Of a stretch of 64,000 bases of DNA, positions 48,601 to 58,696 are shown piece by piece. Each line of letters begins with the position of its first letter. Position 1 is the first letter of the stretch. Below the pieces are notes generated by a model. That model was not told where the DNA came from. It did not search any database and saw only the letters and a list, made by a program, of their open reading frames with translations. The position numbers and the translations under genes were made by a program. Where the stretch lies: contig CDLV01000008.1 of assembly GCA_001244265.2 (NCBI GenBank), positions 1,178,001 to 1,242,000 on the forward strand. Direction: 5' to 3'. The DNA comes from Microbotryum violaceum. Lineage: Eukaryota.

Positions 48601-51060
48601 CTTGAGTCAAGCCCTCAAATACCATCTCATACCTTGGGTAGGGGCGGTAGGCGCAGCGTGCCGTTGAGTTCACCCGATGCTCTTATTTTGAGCTCAATCG
48701 AAAGTGTCCTTTGAAGGCCGGCATGAGGCTCAACTTGATTGCTAAGCACGGTGGTGAAATTCAAATCAATATTATTCCAATGTATCTATGAAACTGGCCG
48801 GTGAATCATGAACACTGAGGTCGCTAGCCCGATAAAGGGGCGATTGGCCCGATTGCGCGTACTTCAATCCACAATGTCATGTGCTAGACTTTCTGAGGTG
48901 CATCTAGTACAGCGCAGTGATACCTGCACTTGGACACAATCGCCGATCGGCGATGCCCCAACCTCATCGCGCATACAAACCCGAGCTAGACGCGTCTTGA
49001 AGAGTGAATAATAATAGGAGCGGAGTCGAGTGGCGTTGTCCCTTTTCAAGCAGCGTGCCTCTTCCGTATGCACTTATTTTCTCGGTCACGCGGTCTTGTA
49101 TGCCAAAACCAAAAAAAAAGTCACACTTATAGAGCAAGAATTTGTTCTCACCGGTCACTGGAAGGTTCCGCCATTAAATGATTACTTCGAGAGCGCTCGG
49201 CGATTCCGCACTGGCGTCCTTCACGAAGAGTTTTCAAAACACAGAAGGCGAGCTAAGGCAGAATAAGCCAGATTGAAGTCGTTACGTAGTAACCTTGGCA
49301 GCTACAATTGTCGCTCTGGTGTTTCGTACTTGCCCCCTGTGCGAGACGGTCCGCCGGTCTCAAACGATCCCTCCCGAGTGGAGTGCGTTGCAAATGCTTG
49401 TGACTGATCAGACCAAAAGATGGCTTCTTCGCGTTGAATGTATGTTATAGCCACATTACATTCGTTAGAAATAACGAGTGTGATACGTTGCTGATGCGTC
49501 AAAGCGTTCTTGAACTACATTTTTCACATCGACGGTCGGCTAGATTCGTCTTGGGCGAGCCGGTCGGAGAGCGGAAATCGCTAAGGCGCAAACCCCCCGT
49601 TAGCATGGACAATCATCTTGAGAAAGAAGTTTCGGCCTGTTGAACCAAGTCTTCGGGTTGCTTGGCATGCCGACGTCTTCTTGAGCCCGTTGTGTTTGGA
49701 GTGCACCGGCTAATCGAGATAGTCGAGAGAGGGCAGAAAGGGATCAGGGTCAAGAGTCCAGATCGAACGGAATCGGTCCGACACGGGACGCGACGCGACA
49801 AACAGCAGTCACCAAACGCTTGCTGCACCAATTGACAGTACCAGATGCTGAGATCTCGAAATGTCAATTTCTTATCGTAAACGTCGCCGGCTCGCAAGGG
49901 TCAGCAAGAACGAAGAGGGCGAGGAGCATAGTCGAAGCGCGTGGTCAAGTTGGAATCTCCACCGCGCACCTAGCTGGATCGGTACATTGACTCCTCGAAT
50001 GCCGCATGACCAGTTACGACTTTGGTGAAGCGCTTGACTATATCAAGTTCCTGGTCAGTTCCAAGCCAGCCTATGCGTTCAGAGAAAGCCTCTGCCCCAG
50101 CGGAACAGCGGAAGGCGCGATCTTCCTTGCGCTCCACACAGCTGGAGCCGATCACAGCGAATGTCTCGATTTGGAAGTTCAACGGATAGTAGGCGCTCTA
50201 AGAAGCACAGTATGTAAGTAAGCGTGTTGAACAGACACGAAGAGACTCCACAAGAAGCTCAACTCACAGTATCTTGGCATTGTGAGGCAAGTTCTTTATA
50301 AGCTTGTGCAGCTGCCTTGTCAGACGCCGCCGCTGTACAGAGTCACGTGAAGGCAATGGTGGATACAAAATTGTCCACATCATCGGCACCAATGGCTGTC
50401 GTATCTTCCTCCAGCGCCGGAATGTCCTCACACTCGGCTCGCCCGCTTTCTGTCGCGTTGATCCGAGTCCACAACTCGCTGGCGATCGGTTGTCGTTCTA
50501 TCAGGCTGACTGGGACTGGGGAGTAGGAATAGCAGCAATGAGGCAATTTAGAGCACTCAACACGGAACGAGGAAGGTTTGACATCTACTTACGATCAATA
50601 CCATCATCGTTAGGTAGCTTCTCGAGAAGTACTGGCTCGTCCGGAAGGTGTCCCACGTGCTCAGCGCCCTTCGTTTCCTGACCGACCACCTTTGACTGGG
50701 TGACGCGTTGGAATCGCTCAGCCGAATGTTCTCGTCGCAATAGTACCATTCCATGACGGCACGGCAAGGATCTGCTGAAACGCACAGTGACGGTCCTTCT
50801 TTCTCTTCCTTGGGGATAGAGCGCTTAGGTGGCTTGCTTTGCACGCGCCCGATCATGCCTTATGGAATTCGAGCATTTGCGGGTAGGCATTCCTTGCGAG
50901 CGCCGGCGGAGGTCGGAGGCGGGCGCAATTGCTCGGCAGTGGTGCCTGAAGACCGTTGATCGAATGTTGAACAGGAGCTGGGATTGGGATACTGGCCACG
51001 CGCAGACTGATTGGACATGGAAAGACCAGGCATCGCGTTGGCGGTTGAGACGGGACTGAA
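45700..51060 (+). pseudogene. Decayed CxC-KDZ transposase, split by an insert at ~47280-48840
   Basis: Fragments in shifting frames, in the expected order: AERLAQTGLMSATASR/ETAFTFQAL (CxC-like), KCPAEFG, LFAHDGSFQQWR, LVACVCRH, IGVL*NIAC, AFAHQWPCQ...FGCTDGEGV*, and after the insert RLARLRVL and GIRAF. The outer limits are approximate. Confidence 0.8.
47748..48450 (+). repeat. Four diverged ~165-190-bp tandem repeats
   Basis: Units start at ~47748, 47913, 48104 and 48287. They share tttcga.g..gaaagtcgg, ctacaacgaaaa.ttcggg, gtttggaacagc and tttctatctcc...ccgaccgag. Confidence 0.9.
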
Positions 51061-51907
51061 CAAGAAATCCATCGTGCCTTCCATGGAAGATACAACTCTC
51101 AGAAGCTAGGAAGATTTTGTAGATTGATGCAAAATTGTCGCCCTTCTTTTTTGTCCTGGACAAAAACAGAAAATAAAAAGGGGCGCTTCTTCTTCTTTTT
51201 ATCTATTTTCTGAAGCTACTTCAGGTCCGAGAGTAGTCAGTCGATACTTCCAGCAGGAGCAATCGAAGCCAGGGTCGATCGATTGTCGTATACTACTAGT
51301 CACGTGGGCTGAGCTGGGCAAGAACGACGCGACGTACGTGTATTTTGGACCAGTATCGAACGGAGATTAGGCACCTAGAAAGGTAATATCACAACAGAGG
51401 TGAAATAGAAGAAGCCTAGGGATAAGTACGATGGCTTTGGGTGGTCAGACGTTAGTCTGACAGCATGCAAGCCAGTTCAGCTGGGAGGTGAGCTGAGCTA
51501 TTAGCAAGCGACGGTCAACGCCAAAGTCGCGGGGAAAACGTACGCGGCGCGACAGCGAGCATACACCTCTGGAACTCACTGATATGTTTTGGGCAGCTTT
51601 TGTACAACGCTGGTCGAAAAGTGCGCGCACAACGAGGGGAAAAGAGGCAGAGGCGAACACTGGGGCATCTTGGACGTCCGAAAAGGGCGCGCGCTGGACT
51701 GCGCTGGCGCGCGGCCGACACATGACGTGTGCTAAGCTGTGTAGCACAAGCCACGGCCACTGTCTGCCAAAAAGTTTGCGCGGTTGAGATGTCCCGAATC
51801 ACCAGTGTTCCACATTATTTTAAAATTGGGAAACATCATAACTTTTGAGTACTGGGTATAGCTTGATCAACGAAGTCATGTCGGTCCGTATAATGCATCT
51901 GCCGCTG

Positions 51908-52046
51908 TTGACCGCCCCGGGATTGGGAGTCCTGGCTATCCGGGTTTTGGGCGACCAACCCCAGTGTGAAACCCGCTGAGGATCGAGGTTTTTGGCGCGC
52001 TCGCGCGCGCGGTCTAGGCTGTAACTTTGAAGGTACGCCTGAGGTG
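51908..52046 (-). repeat. Right terminal inverted repeat
   Basis: ttgacc...ggctgtaactttgaaggtacgcctgaggtg. Confidence 0.92.
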
Positions 52047-52149
52047 CAAAAGCCGAAAAGACCAGCAGTGTCGAAGCGGGCACCCAAGCATTCAGTATCG
52101 GAATTTTGCGATACCTAGTAATCGACACAGAGCTCTGTTGGACAGATCT

Positions 52150-53111
52150 TCAGACTGGGCAGCCAGATCCTGTTCCACTCGACGTTTTTTGGTCGTGCGG
52201 TCGTGGGCAGAGGCCGGGGAGATCGACTTGGACACGGCGGCGGGGGCGGCGGTGGTAACGGTGGAGGCTTGCGGGGCACGTGACGTGGGGGTCCCTGGGG
52301 CTCGACGCATGACGGGCCGGGCAGTGCTGGGTGGCGTGCGAGGTGCTCGCGCAGGACTTGCACGCCGGGGCGACGGGGCAATCCTTACGGACGTGAGCCG
52401 CGGAACGGCAGAAGACGCAGTGGCGCATGCCACCGGTGATCCTCAGTGGGATTCGCTCAGTGACACCGTCACGAGCAATAGAAAGTGAGGCAGGGGCAAA
52501 ACATCTACATCCTTAAGGGCAAGGATAAAGTCGTACACCCCAGAGATGTGTTTCGTCTTTCCAATGTATTGGATGCGACGACGGAGGACCGTGGCGTAAG
52601 CAGCGATCTGCTCATCGAATAGGCAGAGGCCCTCGGGGTCAGAGAAAAAGCCCGTAAGGGTGCATTGTACAACACCTCCTCTAGTAGAGCTGTACAGCTT
52701 CTCGAATTTGCACAGAGTCTTGCCAACAGTGAGGCCGTTGGCCACCAGGGTGTCGAGATCGGCGGCCTTGGGAAAGCGGAGGCCGCGCTGACCCTTGATG
52801 ACGCATGGCATTGCGCCGGTAAGGCCAGGGTAGTATTTGTCAAGCGCGAGGAGGACTTGCTCGACCGAGGTTGAGGGTGGGGTGTTGATGATGACACAAT
52901 TCTCGATGTTGTGCATCAGTGGATGGGCGGCGACGGCAGTCGAGGCGTTGGCGGTGGCGTTTCCGTGCTTCGCAACGGAGCGGGCGCCGACCGCGGCGGA
53001 GTATGATTTGGTGGTGGTGGCGGGGGCTTGGCCGGGAGGATCGGGAGGGTCAGGGCGAAGAGGTGGTATAGCAGCATGGCTGGCGTTGTTGTTGGTGTTG
53101 TTGTTGTCCAT
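52150..53111 (-). pseudogene. LINE ORF1 (gag-like) with two CCHC zinc knuckles; frame broken near 52450
   Basis: The N-terminus reads PDPPDPP...KSYSAAV. The knuckles CVFCRSAAHVRKDC and CKSCASTSHATQHC (both CX2CX4HX4C) are in a different frame. Confidence 0.8.
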
Positions 53112-53354
53112 CCAATAAGAGTTTCCTTTTTCAAGTCGGCGACGACGCTTCGAGGAGAGTAGTGGCCTGCAGGCGATATTGTCAGAGAGTATAATGCTGC
53201 TTCATCCCACTTAGAGCCCCGATTATGATTAGTTACCAGTTGTAGATATCTGCGGCCTCTCGCGCCTCGAGCCTAGCTCGCGCGCGTTTCCATAGCCTTT
53301 CTTCTTTCTCTCCAACTATTCTATCTATCATCTTCGGCTCTCATACTTACGTAT

Positions 53355-55012
53355 CTCGTGCCTGGGCCTCAGTGTTCTAATAGATACGTTCGCTCGTCGA
53401 GCACGACGTCAATGGTGAGCTCTCTCTCGCAACCTTGACCCATCACATCACGTCCGAGCTTTCCATTGCAAGTACTAGGTTAGATACTGACAACACGGTA
53501 ATGACCTTGACTGTCCCCGTGTAATCTGCAGTGTTCATTTTCGATGCGGCAATGGCCTTTACCTACCTGTGGCCCTCGCCCTCTTCCCACCCCAACCCGC
53601 ACGGCCAAGCACGCGAGTTCCTCCGCAAGATCCAGTCCATGATCCATGATTGGACATCTCGAGACTCGCGATCCACCAAGTTCATTGTCTTCTTTGATCA
53701 TCCCCGTTTCCGACCCGAGTTGAAAAGGGCCACGGTGGAGGGCCGTCTCAAGAAGAGAACGACGTCCGTCCTCCGCTTCGCCCATCCCCGTGATCTCGGA
53801 AGACGCGTTCAACAAGGCCTTCCCAACAGCCCAACCATGGGAAGAGGACTTTGAAGGACAAGGTCGGAAGGTCGAGCTTGGCAAGATCGCTTCGAAAGGC
53901 GATGTATCGTTCGTCCTTGCCGTCCGCGAGACGGACCCGATCATCGCAGCCGCGACCAAGTTTGGCTCGATCGGCGGTGTCGAGCTCGTCTCGGAACGTA
54001 CCGCCCTCGTGAGCGGCGACAGCGATTATGCCATGCTCATATCAGCATCGGTTGCGAAGTATCGGATCCTCCCTCGCAGCAAGCGAACAGCAGACGATTC
54101 GAGTCTGTCGATATTCTTGACCTCGCCGCTCTCGACGCCGACTCGAAAGTGCTCGACTCTGACGGCCGCTTCGTCCTCTCGTTCCTTTTCGGCAACGACT
54201 ACTTTGGAGGGGTCAAGGGGTGGGGGTTCAAGGCACCAATCAAGGTGCCGATAGATAACCCTCTGTTTCAACTGAACACCTTTCTCCGCGATAACGACCA
54301 TGCTCACGGACGACTTGCCCGTGGGCCGCCAATCAATGCCCCGGCGCTCTCCACCGACGACATTCGTGAACTCTGCGACCATATCCGGGCCGTTCGACAA
54401 TTGTACTTGTTCGCATCCGATGCATTGTTCGACAAGAACGAACTCGTCGACGACCCTACCGCCAACCTCAGCGCCGACGCCGCCCGTCGCGCGATCACCG
54501 CAGCTGGCGGCAGCAACGTCCGATTCAGAAAGGAGAAGCTCTTTGACAAAGTTGCCAAGATCGAACGTGTATCTCCCCTGCTGCCCTCCGCCTTCCCTCG
54601 CAACGCCAATCCCAAGCATGGAGGTCACCACAGCATCAGCGACACCAAAGCCAAGTTCGACACCAAGGTCGCGACACGGTGCGAGCACAACTTTGCACGG
54701 GAGAGCAAGAAACCCGCTCGAACGATGTCCGCCCCGTCATGCGCCGTCAAGGGAGAAGTTGCATACTCACCGCTCATGTTGGAGGGGCCCGAGGATCCGC
54801 TTCGTCGAGAACCCGTCGTGTCGACTTCGAACAAGGCCAAGCAAAACGCGACGCCCGAGTCAGCGCTTCACCAATTCGAGGAAGCCTACGGCCACGACAA
54901 GCTTTTAGCTCTCACAAGCACCAAGCAAGGACTGACCTTGCGACTCAGGCGGGCAAGCTTGAGATCACTGAGGCTGCTCGGACTTACCACTGACCGGTTT
55001 GGAACACCGTAG
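53355..55012 (+). pseudogene. XPG/FEN1-family (PIN + H3TH) nuclease-like gene, frameshifted
   Basis: VPG/GL remnant, VFIFDA, FIVFFD...PELKRATVEGR, VRETD, LVSGDSD and FLFGNDYFGGVKGWGFK. Two short GT-AG introns at the 5' end; frame changes near 53790 and 54150. Confidence 0.7.
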
Positions 55013-55776
55013 TCAACGCTAAGTTGGTATAGATCTTTTTGGAACACTGTCTTCAACACTAAGCTGATGTATATCTCCGTAAGCTCTCTGTTGTGATTCA
55101 TTCTCAGGCCTTTCCACTTCTTCCCCCTTTTTTTTGGCTCGGACTAGTTAGCGGGCGCATCTTGGTTTTAGCCATGATGCTTGCAAACGGTCAAACGAAC
55201 AGATGTGCTTTCAAGTAGTATTTGATCTCTGGTACAAGTATGTTCCTATGTTTGACCTGAAAATTGACTTGATCTCAAAAGGTTAGGTGCTGCGTAAGGC
55301 GTAGCTCTCCGAGGCTCACGCGGGGCTGGCCGGCTGGCCGGCTCACACCCCGTGAACAAACCCGCGCCACTCCCTCTAATCTTTTCTTTTTTCTCTCCCA
55401 CTCTTACCGAATTTTGTGACACTCATTCAAGGAGATACCCTCGCCACTATGCCCCGGTCCTAAGGTCCCCAGGGAGGGCCAGGGAGGGCCATCGCAACCT
55501 CGCCAAGTCTTGCGGCGATGAGTGAAAAATAGTTTCTCTGCTGTCTTTCGTCATTATACCGTTCGATTCTCCCGCTATGTTGGAATCATATTCCCGTTAA
55601 TTTAAAGAGATCCCACTGGTGTATGGAAACGATGAATTCTCCCTATCAGTCGATTCAAGAAGTGTCCAAAGTATAGTACAACATTGCGCAGAAAGTGTTT
55701 CACCAAATTATCAAGGCGACCAAATCCGAGCACGACAAGGCTTCCTCCGTGACCTATAATCACATTATCTCCTCGT

Positions 55777-56711
55777 TCATACTAGTGGTTCAATGTCGCC
55801 AGTAGATTCGGCTTCGGATTCAGTGTCAGAGGGAATACCGTGCCATTCCTCTTCCTCCTCAGCCCCAGCGATCTGTTCTCCCTCCGAGCCGGCATCCTGG
55901 TTCCCCGAATCCTCTGCCTCGGATGATGGGGTCGACAGGGCGACTTGTGCCAGCGAAGCTTCCTTTATTTGATCGAGGCGGTTCAGTTCCTTCTCAATCT
56001 TGCGTACAAGAGCCTTGCTTGCCGCTTTGATCTTGTCGTCGCCCTTGGTCGAAATTTCGTCGAGCTGGGTGAGCAGCTTGACCAGCGCGTCCTCGTAAGC
56101 GTGAAAAGCGGCGTTGTGAGAGTCGTAAGCGAGCTTCCCGTTGCACGCGTGTAGCTTGGTAGCGATTTCCACCTTGGAGCGTTGCGCAAAGTGTCGGCAA
56201 GGGCCTCCAGCGCAGCCAAGGCCTGGCGACGGTAGAGTCGAGCTCGGAAGTGTTTCTGCAAGGTCGTGGCGGCACCTTCTTTGGTTGGACCATACATTAC
56301 AGGCTCGGTGATGGGGATTGAGATGCCACACCTGGTCGGAGAGACAGGCCGCTTGGATGACGAAGCTTCTTGTGAGATGTGCGCTTGTCGCGTCGAAGAT
56401 CCTTACACCTGCTCGGGCTCGGGCTCCTGCTCCGACTCCGATTCCTCGGCAGAGTCGTACTCATCCTCGCGCTCGTCGCCGTCGTCGTCATGGTGAACGT
56501 AATGATCCCTTTGTCGTGGATCCCAGGAGGGTGAGTAGCTCATCCGTCGAGCCCATTCTTGCTCTCTCAGTTGCTGTTCGTACGCCAATCGTTGTCTCTC
56601 GCGTCGTTGCGCCTCCATCGCAAATGCTCGGCGGCGTTGTTCGTGGTAAAGCTCGCGCTGACGTTGAGCTTGGGTCGAGCCGAGACGGTCCCGCAGCATA
56701 GATTGCAACAT
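55777..56711 (-). pseudogene. BAG-domain co-chaperone gene with a premature stop and a frameshift
   Basis: IQ-like AATTLQKHFRARLYRR and BAG core FHAYEDALVKLLTQLDEISTKGDDKIKAASKALVRKIEKEL. In-frame TAA at 56403-56405 and a frame change near 56190. The true start is uncertain. Confidence 0.65.
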
Positions 56712-58696
56712 CCGACGGCGCACCGAGTGTGCAGCCCGGGGAAGCTTCTTGAATGCCACCCGCACTGGTGTGTGCGATGTAATCTACCTAGACCAAACAA
56801 AACTATTTATACCCAAGCCGTAGGAGTGTTGCATCCCACCATCCGCTCTCTAAGCTGTTGTGCCGTCCTTATCCTTCCATCCCCAGCGACCTGCCAACCC
56901 GTGACTTGATATCCAACAACGACGACGATGCCAATGACGACGATGACACGGACGTTGTTGTTCTAAGTGAGAAGAATCAAGGGATGTCGCGTTGCTGAAT
57001 GTTAGCAGGCTCCTTAGGCTGGTTGTCGGATAGATACGGCGAGGAAAGCGTGACTTACTGATGATCGAGAGGGTGGGGACGATGGCAATGTTGGCACAAA
57101 GTGTGAGACACAAAGGTTGATGCGGGCGACCGGATGGAGCTGATTTATAGTCGCCCTAGGCGTCTGATCGAAACGAGGGCAACATCGACAATAGAGGGTA
57201 GGGGTGGGTTAGGAGAGCGAGGGTCAGCCGATTGAGTCTCTGAGCCAAGTGGGGTTCGGTCGCACGAGGTCGCACCGGGCCAATCCAAACGCAGCAACAA
57301 GGCAGCAGCCAACTCACCCAACTCCATCACTCTATACTCGGACTATTGACAGCGACATTGCACGAAGGGAGGGCGGGTGCGAAGTGTGGGTGGCAGTGGG
57401 CCTTTCTACGAGTTCGATGAGGAAAGAGAAAGAGAGAGGTCCGGCCGAGCCAGCGAGGTCATGCTCTAATCTTCCGTCTACGGACCCGCTTTGGGGACAA
57501 TTAGGTGATGTGCACCCGAGTTCCGCGGCATCACCAAACGTACATCGCGCCAAGCAACGGGTGACTATTCTACTGTCGGCTAGTTTCGTCTTTTTTTCTT
57601 TGTTCTCCCTGCCCAGAACAGCTGATGTCCCTGGTTTTCCAGGCTAGAATGTAGTTCGACAACTCGGATGTCGGCTCAACTCGAATTCTCCCGGTTCGGC
57701 GACGTACGAGCTGTCGGGACTCTTCCGAACATTCCGCATCGATTCGGTTATTTCAATGTGATGTTCATCGAGCTCATCCATCACGCCTTTCGGCATCCCG
57801 CTTTGTGTTGGTGAGAGCACACAAGGGTAGGAGCAAAAAGAAGAGCAAGGAGGAGTGAGAGGGCTCGAATTCGATCGATAGATTATTTTTTTGAATTCTG
57901 TAGTATATCTACATTTGGTCGTGCCATACATGCTCTGCCCAAGAGAGTGGAATCCATGTTTGCTCCAAGTCGAAATCCATCGTGAAAGTACTTGTGGAGT
58001 TGCAGTCATCAAAAACTTACTAACCCCATGGATCAGATCTCTTGCACATGATCCAGTGGATTCCCAGGACCTTGCTCTGCCGCTATAATGCAAGTGCACG
58101 CCGACCACGCACACTGATGCAGGCCCGTGCACCCACACGCACACTAGCCATTCCACTTCTGCCCCAGGGGCTGGTATGCATGTCCGTGCACAGACGCGTA
58201 GATCCTTGCATACGCTTGCAAGTTGGTCTACAGGAACTTTTGGCCCAAATGAAGGTCGGTGCACGCCCATGCACACTGATGCACACCCGTGCACGTCGAC
58301 ATCGACTGAATCAATGCCGCGCCGGTGCGGACCGAGGCGAGCCAGCCAGGGACTTGGTATTCGGGTGTAGGAGAGCCCAAATGTATGTGCAAAACACTTA
58401 TGCAGATCAAGTCTATTACTCATCATCTAAGGTAGCCATTGCAGAGACAAAAACAAGATAGTCGTCACACAGAATTCATTAAACAAGATGCGAAGAGCGT
58501 TCGCTTGGGAAGGGCGCGCGTAGGAATCAAAAATGGGGCGACTTCTAGGAAGAGCGCGAAAATGACTGACTTTCACGTAGGTATGCTGTTCATAACGAGT
58601 GATGGATTCCGAATCATAAGTCCTGGGGTTCTGGGGAACGCAATTGCGGACGACGGAGGGCACGCGTTCGAAGCGACGCCACCACATTTTCTTTCA

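Larger units (their letters stand above)
44714..52046 (+). mobile_element. KDZ-superfamily DNA transposon (7333 bp), 139-bp TIRs, 8-bp TSD caaaagcc
   Basis: The TIRs at 44714-44852 and 51908-52046 are inverted copies. caaaagcc flanks both ends (44706-44713 and 52047-52054) and is single in the empty copy (33957-33964). KDZ motifs lie inside. Confidence 0.9.
43885..53111 (-). mobile_element. Internally deleted L1-like non-LTR retrotransposon, interrupted by the KDZ element
   Basis: Gag-like ORF1 at 53111-52150 joins through 52047 to 44713-43885, whose frames resemble a decayed ORF2 C-terminus plus 3' region (inference). No endonuclease or RT domain was seen. Confidence 0.6.

Noticed and set aside
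44850-51900. TET/JBP dioxygenase cargo, which is often linked to KDZ transposons
   Set aside because: No HxD...H...R 2OG-Fe(II) pattern was recognised by eye. A highly decayed copy cannot be excluded without an HMM search.
53370-55049. hAT-like CAGTGTT inverted ends around the XPG-like gene
   Set aside because: The match is short and imperfect, there is no 8-bp TSD, and the left motif overlaps the apparent coding start.
43801-55510. Outer inverted repeat (gcgaggtgcgatg vs catcgcaacctcgc) bounding the whole mobile block
   Set aside because: Only ~13 bp with a gap and no TSD, which is compatible with chance.
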